Source: Trueperaceae bacterium (GTDB lineage Bacteria > Deinococcota > Deinococci > Deinococcales > Trueperaceae). From it: DNA of 32,825 nt. Location of the stretch: assembly GCA_035703635.1 (NCBI GenBank), contig DASSXV010000080.1:1-32825 (forward strand), read 5' to 3'. A program made the translations under genes and the position numbers. Under the pieces are notes generated by a model. It worked only from the letters and a program-made list of their open reading frames with translations, was not told the DNA's origin and ran no database searches. This document shows, in pieces, positions 16,886 to 25,779 of the stretch; the stretch's first letter is position 1, and every line of letters starts with the position of its first letter.

Positions 16886-18079
16886 CACGATGTTGAGCGC
16901 CACCACCGTAACGACGATGGCGCCGAGCAACAGGCGTGTGGCGGCGCCGTTAACCGCGGCGCCCATGACCTCGCGGTTACTCGTGAGGAGGCCAAGCGGC
17001 ACTAGGGCGAAAGGAATGCCGAAGCTCAACACCACCTGCGATAGCACCAACGCCCAGGTCGGTTCCGCACCCAAGGCCAACACCGCCAAGGCGGGCACCA
17101 AGGTCACCGCGCGACGCGTGAGCAGCGGCACATGCCAGTGCAGCAGGCCCTCCATGATCGTCGAGCCGGCGTACGAACCAACGGACGTGGAGGCCAAACC
17201 TGACGCCAGCAAGCCAATGCCGAACACCGCGCCAACCAGCGGACCGAGCGCGGCGGCGATGGCAGCGTGAGCTCCAGCGATGGTGTCGGTGCCTGCCACG
17301 CCCTGCAGGTTGGCCGCGGCCAACAAGAGCATGGCGACGTTAACGACGCCAGCCAAGGCCAACGCCCCGGCAACGTCGGTGCGCGTCGCCCGCAGCAGCG
17401 TGGGTAGCTGCTCAGCCGCCACGGTCTTGTGCCGATCGCGCGCCAGCGCTGAGTGCACGTAGATGGCGTGCGGCATGACCGTGGCGCCAAGCATGCTCGC
17501 TGCGAGGATCACGCTGTCAGTGCCAGCGAAACGCGGCCTGAGCCCGCCTAGCAGCGCGCTCGCTTCGGGCAGCTTCACGAACAACCCGGCGAGGAAACCG
17601 ACCGTTATGACGACGAGCAGGCCGATGATGACGAACTCGAACTGGCGTTGCCCCGAACGGCTCTGCACCTCGAGGAGCAGCATCGAGACGACCCCAACGA
17701 TCGCGCCCCCAATCACCAGCGGCAGCCCGAAGAGGATCTGCAACGCGATGGCGCCGCCAAGCACCTCGGCCAAGTCAGTGGCGGCGGCAACTAGTTCAGC
17801 TTGGGCCCAGAACGCCCAGCGCGGTACTCGACGCATGCGGCCACCGAGCAGCTCAGGTAAGGAGCGCCCGGTGGCAAGTCCAAGCTTCGCTGACTGGTAC
17901 TGCACGACGACTGCAACGAGGTTGGAAGCGACGAGCACCCAAAGCAGCAGGTAACCGTAGCGCGCGCCAGCCGTTACGTTGGCGGCGACGTTGCCAGGGT
18001 CGACATAAGCGATGGCGGCCACGAACGCTGGCCCGAGCAATGAGACTGAATGACGGAACGGGTTGCGGCGCAGATCCAC
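16853..18079 (-). CDS. mntH: Nramp family Mn2+/Fe2+ transporter
   Basis: AYVDPGN, ATDLAEVLG, GATVMPHAIYVHS, SQVVLSFGIPF. Confidence 0.95.
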   Translation of the reverse strand: MDLRRNPFRHSVSLLGPAFVAAIAYVDPGNVAANVTAGARYGYLLLWVLVASNLVAVVVQYQSAKLGLATGRSLPELLGGRMRRVPRWAFWAQAELVAAATDLAEVLGGAIALQILFGLPLVIGGAIVGVVSMLLLEVQSRSGQRQFEFVIIGLLVVITVGFLAGLFVKLPEASALLGGLRPRFAGTDSVILAASMLGATVMPHAIYVHSALARDRHKTVAAEQLPTLLRATRTDVAGALALAGVVNVAMLLLAAANLQGVAGTDTIAGAHAAIAAALGPLVGAVFGIGLLASGLASTSVGSYAGSTIMEGLLHWHVPLLTRRAVTLVPALAVLALGAEPTWALVLSQVVLSFGIPFALVPLGLLTSNREVMGAAVNGAATRLLLGAIVVTVVALNIVLLVLLALGRS

Positions 18080-18102
18080 GCGAGCACTCTAGACCTGCGC
18101 TC

Positions 18103-18124
18103 ATATTTCGACGCGTCTAAATAT
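18103..18124. promoter_or_regulatory. MntR/DtxR-type operator
   Basis: Near-perfect palindrome ATATTTCGACGCGTCTAAATAT upstream of mntH. A minus-strand TAGAGT sits 6 nt before the GTG start (leaderless layout). Confidence 0.8.
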
Positions 18125-18136
18125 CACACGCTCGGC

Positions 18137-20641
18137 TCAAGCTGGTGCTAGTTGGTTGCCACCCGCCGCCTCCTTAGCGGGCGTCGCCTGCATGGGAGCG
18201 GTGAAGCTCCGCAGCCGCAACGCGTTGCCGAGCACGAAGATGCTCGAGAAGCCCATGGCGGCCGCGGCCAACACGGGTGAAAGGAGGACGCCGAGGCTCG
18301 GGTACAGCACTCCAGCCGCAACGGGGATGAGCACGACGTTGTACGCGAAGGCCCAGAACAGGTTCTGCTTGATGTTGTTGAGCGTGGCCCGCGAGAGCGC
18401 GAGTGCGTTAGGGATGCCGCGCAGGTCACCGGACATGAGGATCACGTCAGCAGACTCGATGGCGATGTCCGTGCCCGTACCGATGGCCAAGCCGACGTCC
18501 GCGGCAGCGAGCGCTGGCGCGTCGTTGATGCCGTCGCCGACGAACGCGACCTTGCCGCCTTCTGCCTGCAACTGCTTGACCGCAGCGACCTTGCCATCGG
18601 GTAGAACCTCGGCAAGCACCTCGTCGATGCCGAGCTGCGCCGCTATGGCGTTGGCGGTGCGGCGGTCGTCACCCGTGATCATGGCGACGCGCAACCCAAG
18701 CGCGTGCAAGGCAGAGATGGCGGCGGGCGTCGACGGCTTGATGGGATCGGCGACCGCAAGCACGGCCGCTAGTTGCGAGTCGACGGCCGCGTACATGGGT
18801 GTCTTGCCGGCGTTGGCTAGGGCGTCTGCGGCTCCAGCGAACGCCTGTGTGTCTAGTCCAAGTCGGCGCATGTAGCGCTCCGCGCCGACAGCCACCTGTC
18901 TTCCGCCAACGACCGCATGGACCCCGAATCCGGGGACGGCCTCGAAGCCCACGGCCTCAGGCACCGCCACGCCAGCGGCCTTTGCGGCGCGGACGATGGC
19001 GTCAGCCACGGGGTGTTCACTGTTCGCTTCGGCGCCGGCAAGTAGCGCGAGCACGGCGCGCCGCTCGAAGCCGGGCGCCAACTCGAGGTCGGTCAGCTCG
19101 GGCTGGCCTTCCGTGAGGGTGCCCGTCTTGTCGAGGGCGACGACCTGAGTCTGCTGCAGCGCCTGCAGCGCCTCCCCCTTGCGGAACAGCACGCCCAACT
19201 CGGCTGCCTTGCCAGTGCCGACCATGATGCTGGTCGGGGTGGCGAGGCCCATGGCGCACGGGCACGCGATGATCAGCACGGCCACCATGTTGACGAGGGC
19301 GAACGTGAGTGCGGGTTGCGGACCGAAGATCATCCACGCAACGAACGTGATGGCCCCGATGGCAAGTACTGCTGGGACGAACACGGCGACAACGCGGTCG
19401 GCGAGCGCCTGGATGGGCGGCTTGCTGCCCTGCGCCGCCTCGACCATCTGGATGATCTGCGCGAGCACCGTCTTGGCGCCAACGGCTGTTGCCTCGAAGC
19501 GGAAGGCGCCAGTCTTGTTGATGGTGCCGCCAACCACGTTAGCCCCGGCGGTCTTGTGGACGGGCACGCTCTCGCCAGTGATCATGGCCTCGTCGACGTA
19601 GGACGAGCCGGAGATGACAACCCCGTCGACCGGCAGTCGCTCACCTGGGCGTACGACGACGACGTCGCCTGGCATCACCTCCGCGGTGGCGACTTCGAGC
19701 TCTACCCCGCCCCGTTCGACGCGTGCCGTCTTGGACTGGAGGCCCATGAGCTTCTTGATGGCCTCGCTCGTGCGGCCCTTCGCGATGGACTCGAGGTACT
19801 TGCCGAGGAGAATCAGCGTGATGATGGACGCAGAGGCCTCGTAGTAGACGTGGGCCGTCCCGGCGGGTAGCAGCACTGGGAGGAAGGTAGCCACGAGCGA
19901 GTAGCCGAACGCGGCGCTCGTGCCGATCATCACGAGGCTGTTCATGTCTGGGCTGCCGCTGATGAGGCTGCGCCAACCTGGGCGGTAGAAGCGCCTGCCG
20001 GGACCGAACTGCACGACGGCCGCCAGCACGAACGAGATGTAGAAGATGATCTGCTGCGGCACTAACGCCATGAGCGCGTGCTCAAGTGGTGGAACGAGCA
20101 TCGGCAACATGACGAGGATGAGCAGTGGCGCCGTGAAGGCGGCCGCTATCACGAGGTCGCGGCGCAACGCGAGCCGCTGCCGTTCGTGCGCTTCGCGCTC
20201 GAGGTCGGCCTGCTCGTCCGCGCCTTTTGCGTCTAGCACGCCGTAGCCGACCTTCTCGACGACACCAAGGAGGTCACTGAGTTCGGTAACAGCGGGCAAG
20301 TAGCGGACTGTGGCGCGCTCCGTCGCCAGGTTGACGCTCGCCTCCAGCACACCGTCTGCCTTCTGCAGGGCGCGCTCGACGCGGCTGCTGCAGTTGGCGC
20401 ACGTCATGTCGGTAACTCCGAAGGTGGCCTCTGCGATCACGGCCTGATAGCCAGCCTTCTCCACAGCGGCGAGGAGTTGCGGGGGGTTCGTCGTGTCTGG
20501 GTCGAAGCTGACGCTGGCGCGCTCCGTCGCTAGGTTGACGGCGGCACCCTCCACACCCGTCACTTTGTTGAGTGCGCGCTCGACGCGCGAGACGCAACTC
20601 GCGCACGTCATGCCCTCAACGCCGAACTGGATGGTCTTCAT
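18137..20641 (-). CDS. copA: Copper-translocating P1B-1 ATPase
   Basis: Two MTCxxC HMA domains, [22 protein letters not shown] and MGFSS motifs. Confidence 0.96.
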   Translation of the reverse strand: MKTIQFGVEGMTCASCVSRVERALNKVTGVEGAAVNLATERASVSFDPDTTNPPQLLAAVEKAGYQAVIAEATFGVTDMTCANCSSRVERALQKADGVLEASVNLATERATVRYLPAVTELSDLLGVVEKVGYGVLDAKGADEQADLEREAHERQRLALRRDLVIAAAFTAPLLILVMLPMLVPPLEHALMALVPQQIIFYISFVLAAVVQFGPGRRFYRPGWRSLISGSPDMNSLVMIGTSAAFGYSLVATFLPVLLPAGTAHVYYEASASIITLILLGKYLESIAKGRTSEAIKKLMGLQSKTARVERGGVELEVATAEVMPGDVVVVRPGERLPVDGVVISGSSYVDEAMITGESVPVHKTAGANVVGGTINKTGAFRFEATAVGAKTVLAQIIQMVEAAQGSKPPIQALADRVVAVFVPAVLAIGAITFVAWMIFGPQPALTFALVNMVAVLIIACPCAMGLATPTSIMVGTGKAAELGVLFRKGEALQALQQTQVVALDKTGTLTEGQPELTDLELAPGFERRAVLALLAGAEANSEHPVADAIVRAAKAAGVAVPEAVGFEAVPGFGVHAVVGGRQVAVGAERYMRRLGLDTQAFAGAADALANAGKTPMYAAVDSQLAAVLAVADPIKPSTPAAISALHALGLRVAMITGDDRRTANAIAAQLGIDEVLAEVLPDGKVAAVKQLQAEGGKVAFVGDGINDAPALAAADVGLAIGTGTDIAIESADVILMSGDLRGIPNALALSRATLNNIKQNLFWAFAYNVVLIPVAAGVLYPSLGVLLSPVLAAAAMGFSSIFVLGNALRLRSFTAPMQATPAKEAAGGNQLAPA

Positions 20642-20689
20642 CTGCTTCCTTCCACGGCCGTGCCTGCGCCGCGCGAGCCGCGCTGCGCC

Positions 20690-21016
20690 TCACGCACGGT
20701 ACTTGAGCGCCTCCCGGAGTTCGCTGACGATGTAGTCCGTGTCGCCCCTCTCGGATGCGGTGGCGACGTGGTCGCGGATGTGCGACCACAACACGGCGTC
20801 GCTGACCTTGGCTAGCGCGCCTTGGACGGCCTTGACTTGCTTGAGTACGTCCACGCAGTAGACGCCCGGGTCGTCGAGCATGCGCAGCACGCCCTCGAGG
20901 TGGCCCTTCGCGCTCTTGAGGCGCAGCGACGCGTCTAAGCGCGTGTCCGTATCGAGGTGCTTGCAGTCATGACTCGCCGAGCCGAGCTCATCGCTGGCCG
21001 CGGCGGCATGCGCCAT
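20690..21016 (-). CDS. csoR: CsoR/RcnR family metal-sensing repressor
   Basis: RLKSAKGHLEGVLRML...YCVDVLKQVKAVQGAL...SHIRDHV (C-H-H ligand set). Confidence 0.92.
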   Translation of the reverse strand: MAHAAAASDELGSASHDCKHLDTDTRLDASLRLKSAKGHLEGVLRMLDDPGVYCVDVLKQVKAVQGALAKVSDAVLWSHIRDHVATASERGDTDYIVSELREALKYRA

Positions 21017-21213
21017 CAGGCGGCGGCCGCCGAATAGCCGGCTTCCTCTACCGCTGCGACCAATGCCTCCAGCGCAGCGTTACCTTCGACCTCCGCCGTG
21101 CCGCCGGCTAGGTCGACACTCACGCCGGCGACCCCTGGCACCTCTTCGAGTGCGCCCTTGACAGCAGCCTGGCAGTGGCCGCACGACATTCCGGTTACGT
21201 TCAGCTTGATCAT
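21016..21213 (-). CDS. copZ: Copper chaperone (HMA domain)
   Basis: MIKLNVTGMSCGHC; AAGGAG RBS before ATG 21213. Confidence 0.93.
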   Translation of the reverse strand: MIKLNVTGMSCGHCQAAVKGALEEVPGVAGVSVDLAGGTAEVEGNAALEALVAAVEEAGYSAAAA

Positions 21214-21232
21214 CTTGAACTCCTTCTTGGAC

Positions 21233-21252
21233 CCCACCCCCTAGGGGGTGGG
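21233..21252. promoter_or_regulatory. CsoR operator
   Basis: Perfect palindrome CCCACCCCCTAGGGGGTGGG (C-tract/G-tract) upstream of copZ. Confidence 0.8.
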
Positions 21253-21347
21253 TTAGGTCTCTTAGCCTAGCGCCTCCACGTGACCAAAAGCAAGGCCCGA
21301 GCGACGACGCCGTCGCGGAGCTCAGGCATTACCTCCACGACTCGCCG

Positions 21348-22100
21348 TCAGGGGCTGCTGACGCCGGCCAGCAGCAACACTAGCGGCACAACCGACGTCA
21401 GCGCGTTCGTGAACAAGTGAGCCATGATCAGCGGCAGCAGGCGCCTGGTGCGCAAGTAGATGACGCCAGCCGCCGCGCCCCAGCTGAAGAACGCCACCGC
21501 GTAGACGAGCATGCCGGCCGCCGACGGCGCCAGCAGCACGTGCTGGAGGCCGAACGCCAGGGAGGGAAGCAGGACGGCAACGGCCGCCGGGCTGCGGCCG
21601 CGCAACAGTTCGCCCTGCGCGTGACCGCGGTAAACGAGCTCCTCCGTTGGCGCGTTCGTGAGGGGGAACGCGACCGCGACGACGATCGCGGACGCCCAAG
21701 CGAACCAGGGGGCGAATGCCACGCTAGCAGCCGGGTCTGGCGCGAAGACCTTCTCGTAAGCCGCCAACATGCCAGCGGGGCCGAAGATCACTAGCATGGT
21801 GGCGTTGATGGCGATGGCGAATGGCACGAACAGAACCATGAGCCACAGGAGCCCGAGGAGAGCGTCGAGCCCTAGCCGCTGGCGCTCGAAGCCAGCCAGG
21901 CCGCGCAGACTACAGCCGCGCTTATGAAGCGCCCGGCGCAAGTACCACAGGCACAGGGCGTTGACCGGGATGAAGTAGAGCGCCGACAGCTGCGGCGTCA
22001 GGGCAAGTGAGAAGCTCACGCCCGCGAATAGACTGACCAACCCGGCCGTTACAGCCGCCGCCGCGAAGAGGAGCACAACACGCAGCACTGCCATGCCCAT
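21348..22100 (-). CDS. CPBP (CAAX/Abi) intramembrane glutamic endopeptidase
   Basis: EELVYRG, FGLQH, HLFTN; multi-TM. TACCAT lies 7 nt before ATG 22100. Confidence 0.85.
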   Translation of the reverse strand: MGMAVLRVVLLFAAAAVTAGLVSLFAGVSFSLALTPQLSALYFIPVNALCLWYLRRALHKRGCSLRGLAGFERQRLGLDALLGLLWLMVLFVPFAIAINATMLVIFGPAGMLAAYEKVFAPDPAASVAFAPWFAWASAIVVAVAFPLTNAPTEELVYRGHAQGELLRGRSPAAVAVLLPSLAFGLQHVLLAPSAAGMLVYAVAFFSWGAAAGVIYLRTRRLLPLIMAHLFTNALTSVVPLVLLLAGVSSP

Positions 22101-22158
22101 GCGGACGATGGTAGCAGCCGATCCAAGCCACGCTAGGTTCGAAACAGCGTTACCGGCG

Positions 22159-23958
22159 TTACCTAGCGCCGAGTTTCTCCAGGTACATGCGTTCGTCGGC
22201 GACACGCAACAAGTCGGCGGCCGTCTTGCCGTCGTCCGGCGCCGTGGCGACTCCGATGTTCGCATGTAGCCGGATGGTGTCGTGGATGACGAGCTTGGCT
22301 ATCTCCGCCTGCACGCGTTCGCCAATGACCGCCGCTTCCGTGGCGGTCGTGTCTGGCAGCAGCGCTACGAACTCGTCGCCACCGCGACGCGCCGGGAAGT
22401 CCGTGGCGCGCAGGCCGCGTTCAAGGGCGCGGGCGACGAGCGCCAACGCCTCGTCTCCGACAGCGTGCCCAAGGCGGTCGTTGATGAGCTTGAAGTCGCG
22501 CAGGTCGAGCAGGAGCACGCTCGGCCTATCGGTGGAGCGCGCAGCGCGGGCTATCTCGCGCGCCAGCGCCTGGTCGAACGCCCTGCGGTTGCCGAGGTTG
22601 GTGAGGTCGTCGATGAGGGCAGCCCTGCGCAGTACGTCTCGCGTCTGCTGGCGGTGCAGGAGGCTCGAGAGCGGCGAACCGAAGAGGTGGGCGAGGTTGG
22701 TGGAATCACGGCCGAACGCGGCCCTGTCCGTCAGGTTATCGAGGTTGAGGGCCGCCATGACCACGCCGTCTCGCAGCACGGGTAGGCAGATCGTCGCCTG
22801 AATGCTGTGGTAGGCGGCCGCCTCTAGGTCGGCGCCCGGTGAACTCCTGATGCCGTGAAGGTCGATGTCGACGTCGGCGCGGGTCAGCAAGCGCGGCAAG
22901 CCAAGGCGCCAGCCGCGCTCTTCTGGCCCGTACCACGCGCGCATGTCGACCTCGCTGACCGTGCTGCTCCTCAGACCGCCCAAGTCGAAGCCGATGGCGG
23001 CTTGGTACTCGAACGCGTCGCTCGGGCTGTCGCGCGTTAGCAACGAGCCGGCTTCGGCGCCGGGTATCAGGTCGACGGCCGTCTTCAACACCTTGCCGTA
23101 CAACTCGACCGTGGCCGTGCTCTCCGAAACGCGGTTCAGCTCGAGGAGTTCGGTTAGCACTAGGTCGCGGCGGCGCGCGTCCATGTAAGGCGCGGCTGTC
23201 CGCGCCAGTTCGTCCAGCACGGGGTAGCGCCCGCGCCGCTCCGCGCCGCCTGCCGGGAAGCGCAATAGCAGCATGAAGCGGGCGGGTGAAGTCGAGGAGA
23301 TCGGACAGGTGACGAGGTCGCCTGGATGGCCGACGGCGTGTTGCGACGTAATGCCTTCGTGCGCCGCTGCCCGCCAACCGCTTGCGCCTTCTGCCTCTTC
23401 CGGCCAGGCGCCGACGGCCGCGAGGACGCCGAACGACTCGGTGTGACGGTTCAACAAGAGCCCGGCTTCCGCCCCAACGCGCTCGACTACCATCGCGACG
23501 GCGTTGTGGGCCACCACTTCCGGCTCGTCTTCCGCCCGGAGGATGCCGACTAACGCGCGTTGCGCGTACCTGATGGTGCGGTTCGTCAAAGCGTCGATGT
23601 CGTGGGTCAGGTCGGCCGCCATGTGTCTAAGCAGAGCCTCGACTTCGGGCGTGAACGACTCCTCGCCCATCAGATCTATGGCCGCGAACGGGCTGTCCTG
23701 CCACAACACCTTCAGACGCGTGGCGCGAGGGTCGGGGGGTGGCAGGGGCTCAGCGCTCAAGCCGGACCAGCGAACGACGACGTCGACCCCGAGCGCGGCG
23801 GCGGCGGCATGCGCAGCGCCCTCCACGAACTCTTCTGGTTGCTGCAGCCCGCGCATCGAGGCGGGGATGCCCAAGAGGCGCTCGGCCAAGGCCCAACGAA
23901 TGCCTGTTCGGTCGTGGTTGGGTTCCGCGCTGGGTTTTCGCACCGTCCGCCTCTTCAC
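22159..23958 (-). CDS. GAF-domain diguanylate cyclase (GGDEF)
   Basis: DDLTNLGNRR, DLRDFKLINDRLGHAVGD, RATD I-site, GGDEF, ADERMY; upstream GAF (ICLPV...ALNLDN). Confidence 0.92.
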   Translation of the reverse strand: MKRRTVRKPSAEPNHDRTGIRWALAERLLGIPASMRGLQQPEEFVEGAAHAAAAALGVDVVVRWSGLSAEPLPPPDPRATRLKVLWQDSPFAAIDLMGEESFTPEVEALLRHMAADLTHDIDALTNRTIRYAQRALVGILRAEDEPEVVAHNAVAMVVERVGAEAGLLLNRHTESFGVLAAVGAWPEEAEGASGWRAAAHEGITSQHAVGHPGDLVTCPISSTSPARFMLLLRFPAGGAERRGRYPVLDELARTAAPYMDARRRDLVLTELLELNRVSESTATVELYGKVLKTAVDLIPGAEAGSLLTRDSPSDAFEYQAAIGFDLGGLRSSTVSEVDMRAWYGPEERGWRLGLPRLLTRADVDIDLHGIRSSPGADLEAAAYHSIQATICLPVLRDGVVMAALNLDNLTDRAAFGRDSTNLAHLFGSPLSSLLHRQQTRDVLRRAALIDDLTNLGNRRAFDQALAREIARAARSTDRPSVLLLDLRDFKLINDRLGHAVGDEALALVARALERGLRATDFPARRGGDEFVALLPDTTATEAAVIGERVQAEIAKLVIHDTIRLHANIGVATAPDDGKTAADLLRVADERMYLEKLGAR

Positions 23959-24106
23959 TGCACTATCAGTTCACCGCACGTACCGGCCCCGGCTCTGCGG
24001 CCAGCGTTCCGGTGTGTTCCTCACCGCGCTCAGGCCACTAGCTTACCCGCCTGCCGTCGCCCTTGGCGGGAGCAGGAACGAGCATGATGGTGGCGGAGGT
24101 GGAACT

Positions 24107-24904
24107 TTGCCAGCTAGCGACCATGGCGCGGGCCCTACCGTAACTGGTCCGTCGCCAGCCAGCGGCGCTCTCACCGCGCGCGCCACCGCCAACGCGCTCA
24201 ACGCGGCCATCCTCGCGGAGGGCAGCGCTGAGAGGGCCGTGAAGGAGAAGGCCTACCTCAAGAGCTCCTTGAAGCACCACGGCACGCCCGTTCCCGTAAC
24301 CCGCAAGCTCGTGCGGAGTCTCCTGCGTAGCAGGCGCGACCTGAACCGCGAGCGCCTCGTCGCCATCGCTGAGGAGCTGTGGGCGATCCAGGTACACGAG
24401 GCGCGCGCAGCGGCCGTGATGGTGCTAGCGGCTCGGACGGAACTGCTGCTAGCTAGCGACATGCGGTTGTTGACACGCTGGTTGCGAGAGGCGCGCACCT
24501 GGGCGTTGGTGGATGAGATAGCGCCGCGCGTGGCGGGGCCCTTGCTCGCGCGCTACCCGGAGCTCGAGGCGACCATCGACCAGTGGGCGACGGACGAGGA
24601 CTTCTGGCTGCGCCGCGCCGCACTACTCAGTTACCTTGAGCCGCTGCGGCGTGGTGAAGACGTGTTCGAACGCTTCGCACAGCTAGCTGACCGCATGCTG
24701 GACGAGCGCGAGTTCTTCGTCCGCAAGGCCATAGGTTGGGCGTTGCGCGAGCGCGGCAAACGCGCTCCGAGCGAGGTGCATGCCTGGCTACGGCCTAGGT
24801 TGGCTCGCACCAGCGGCGTCACGTTGCGTGAGGCGATCAAGTACTTGACGCCTGAACAGGCCGCGGAGCTAACGCGGCTCGCGAGTAGCAGCAGGCGTAA
24901 GTAG
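24107..24904 (+). CDS. DNA alkylation repair protein (AlkD-like HEAT repeat)
   Basis: KAYLKS, WALVD, DFWLRRAA, EFFVRKAIGWALRE, REAIKYL. TTG 24107 follows GGAGGT; start uncertain. Confidence 0.88.
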   Translation: MPASDHGAGPTVTGPSPASGALTARATANALNAAILAEGSAERAVKEKAYLKSSLKHHGTPVPVTRKLVRSLLRSRRDLNRERLVAIAEELWAIQVHEARAAAVMVLAARTELLLASDMRLLTRWLREARTWALVDEIAPRVAGPLLARYPELEATIDQWATDEDFWLRRAALLSYLEPLRRGEDVFERFAQLADRMLDEREFFVRKAIGWALRERGKRAPSEVHAWLRPRLARTSGVTLREAIKYLTPEQAAELTRLASSSRRK

Positions 24905-24926
24905 CGCGGCGGGGCCAAGTGGCAGC

Positions 24927-24980
24927 TTGACACCGCGAACGGTCGGAGCGTAGAGTTGCTTTCGTTAAGTGCTCACTCAA
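24927..24980 (+). promoter_or_regulatory. Promoter plus putative TetR operator
   Basis: TTGACA-18bp-TAGAGT followed by the imperfect palindrome TTAAGTGCTCACTCAA (24965-24980). Confidence 0.65.
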
Positions 24981-24994
24981 TGAAAGGCTTCGTC

Positions 24995-25642
24995 GTGTCC
25001 AAGGCCGACAACAAGCACCGCCTCACTCGCCGGGAACAGGCGGAGGTCCGCAAGCAGCAGATCCTCGACGCGGCCCTAAACCTCTTCGCGCAGCACGGTT
25101 TCGCCGCCACCTCGACCAAGCGCATCGCGCAAGAGGTCGGGGTGACCGAGGGGCTCATCTTCCACTACTTCCCAAGCAAGGCCGACCTCCTCATGGCAGT
25201 CGCCACGCAGCGCCGCACCTTCCTTGGGGAGGCGACGGCGTTGCTGGAGCAGGCGCAAGGCCGCCCAGCGCGCGTCGTCCTCGGCGGCATAGTGCTTGGC
25301 TGGGTCGAGGCCATCCAGCGCCAGGCGGAGCTCGTCACGATGCTGCTCGTCGAGTCCCAAACGAACCCCGAGCTCGCTGAGGTGTTCCGCGGCGTCGTAC
25401 GGCAGATGGTTACTGCCATGACGGGCTACCTCGCGGGGCGCGTGCGGGCCGGCGAACTGCGATCGGACCTGCCGGTTACGACCTCCTCGATGGTCTTCTT
25501 CTCGTCTCTCATGATGTTCTTCCTGACCAACAGGGAGCTAGAACCCAGCGAGTGGCAGGTGCGCGCCACCGAGTTCACCACCGAGATGCTCGACGCCTGG
25601 TTCAGGGGCGCGCTAGCCTCCCCCGAACCGGACAACGGCTAA
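24995..25642 (+). CDS. TetR/AcrR family regulator
   Basis: RKQQILDAALNLFAQHGFAATSTKRIAQEVGVTEGLIFHYFPSK; alternative start at ATG 24980. Confidence 0.92.
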   Translation: MSKADNKHRLTRREQAEVRKQQILDAALNLFAQHGFAATSTKRIAQEVGVTEGLIFHYFPSKADLLMAVATQRRTFLGEATALLEQAQGRPARVVLGGIVLGWVEAIQRQAELVTMLLVESQTNPELAEVFRGVVRQMVTAMTGYLAGRVRAGELRSDLPVTTSSMVFFSSLMMFFLTNRELEPSEWQVRATEFTTEMLDAWFRGALASPEPDNG

Positions 25643-25703
25643 GGCCACAGCCCAGACCTAGGAGGAGATCGCAGCCACCCATCCCCGTTCCACGCCACGC
25701 CGT

Positions 25704-25721
25704 TGAGTAAGTGCTTAGTCA
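25704..25721. promoter_or_regulatory. Second TetR operator-like site
   Basis: TGAGTAAGTGCTTAGTCA contains TAAGTGCTTAGTCA, a 12/14 match to TAAGTGCTCACTCA upstream of tetR. Confidence 0.55.
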
Positions 25722-25779
25722 CCCACTTGGAGCTCACCTTGACATTCACCAGCACGCAGCCCAGCCCGGCCCACCGGGC

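Noticed and set aside
21348..22265. CPBP/'Abi' protein as a phage-defence gene, and its longer start
   Set aside because: The Abi name does not imply abortive infection for this family and there is no defence context; the extension overlaps the GGDEF gene.
23504..24106. Long N-terminal extension of the AlkD-like ORF
   Set aside because: It is largely antisense to the GGDEF gene; family-like sequence begins only after about 24200.
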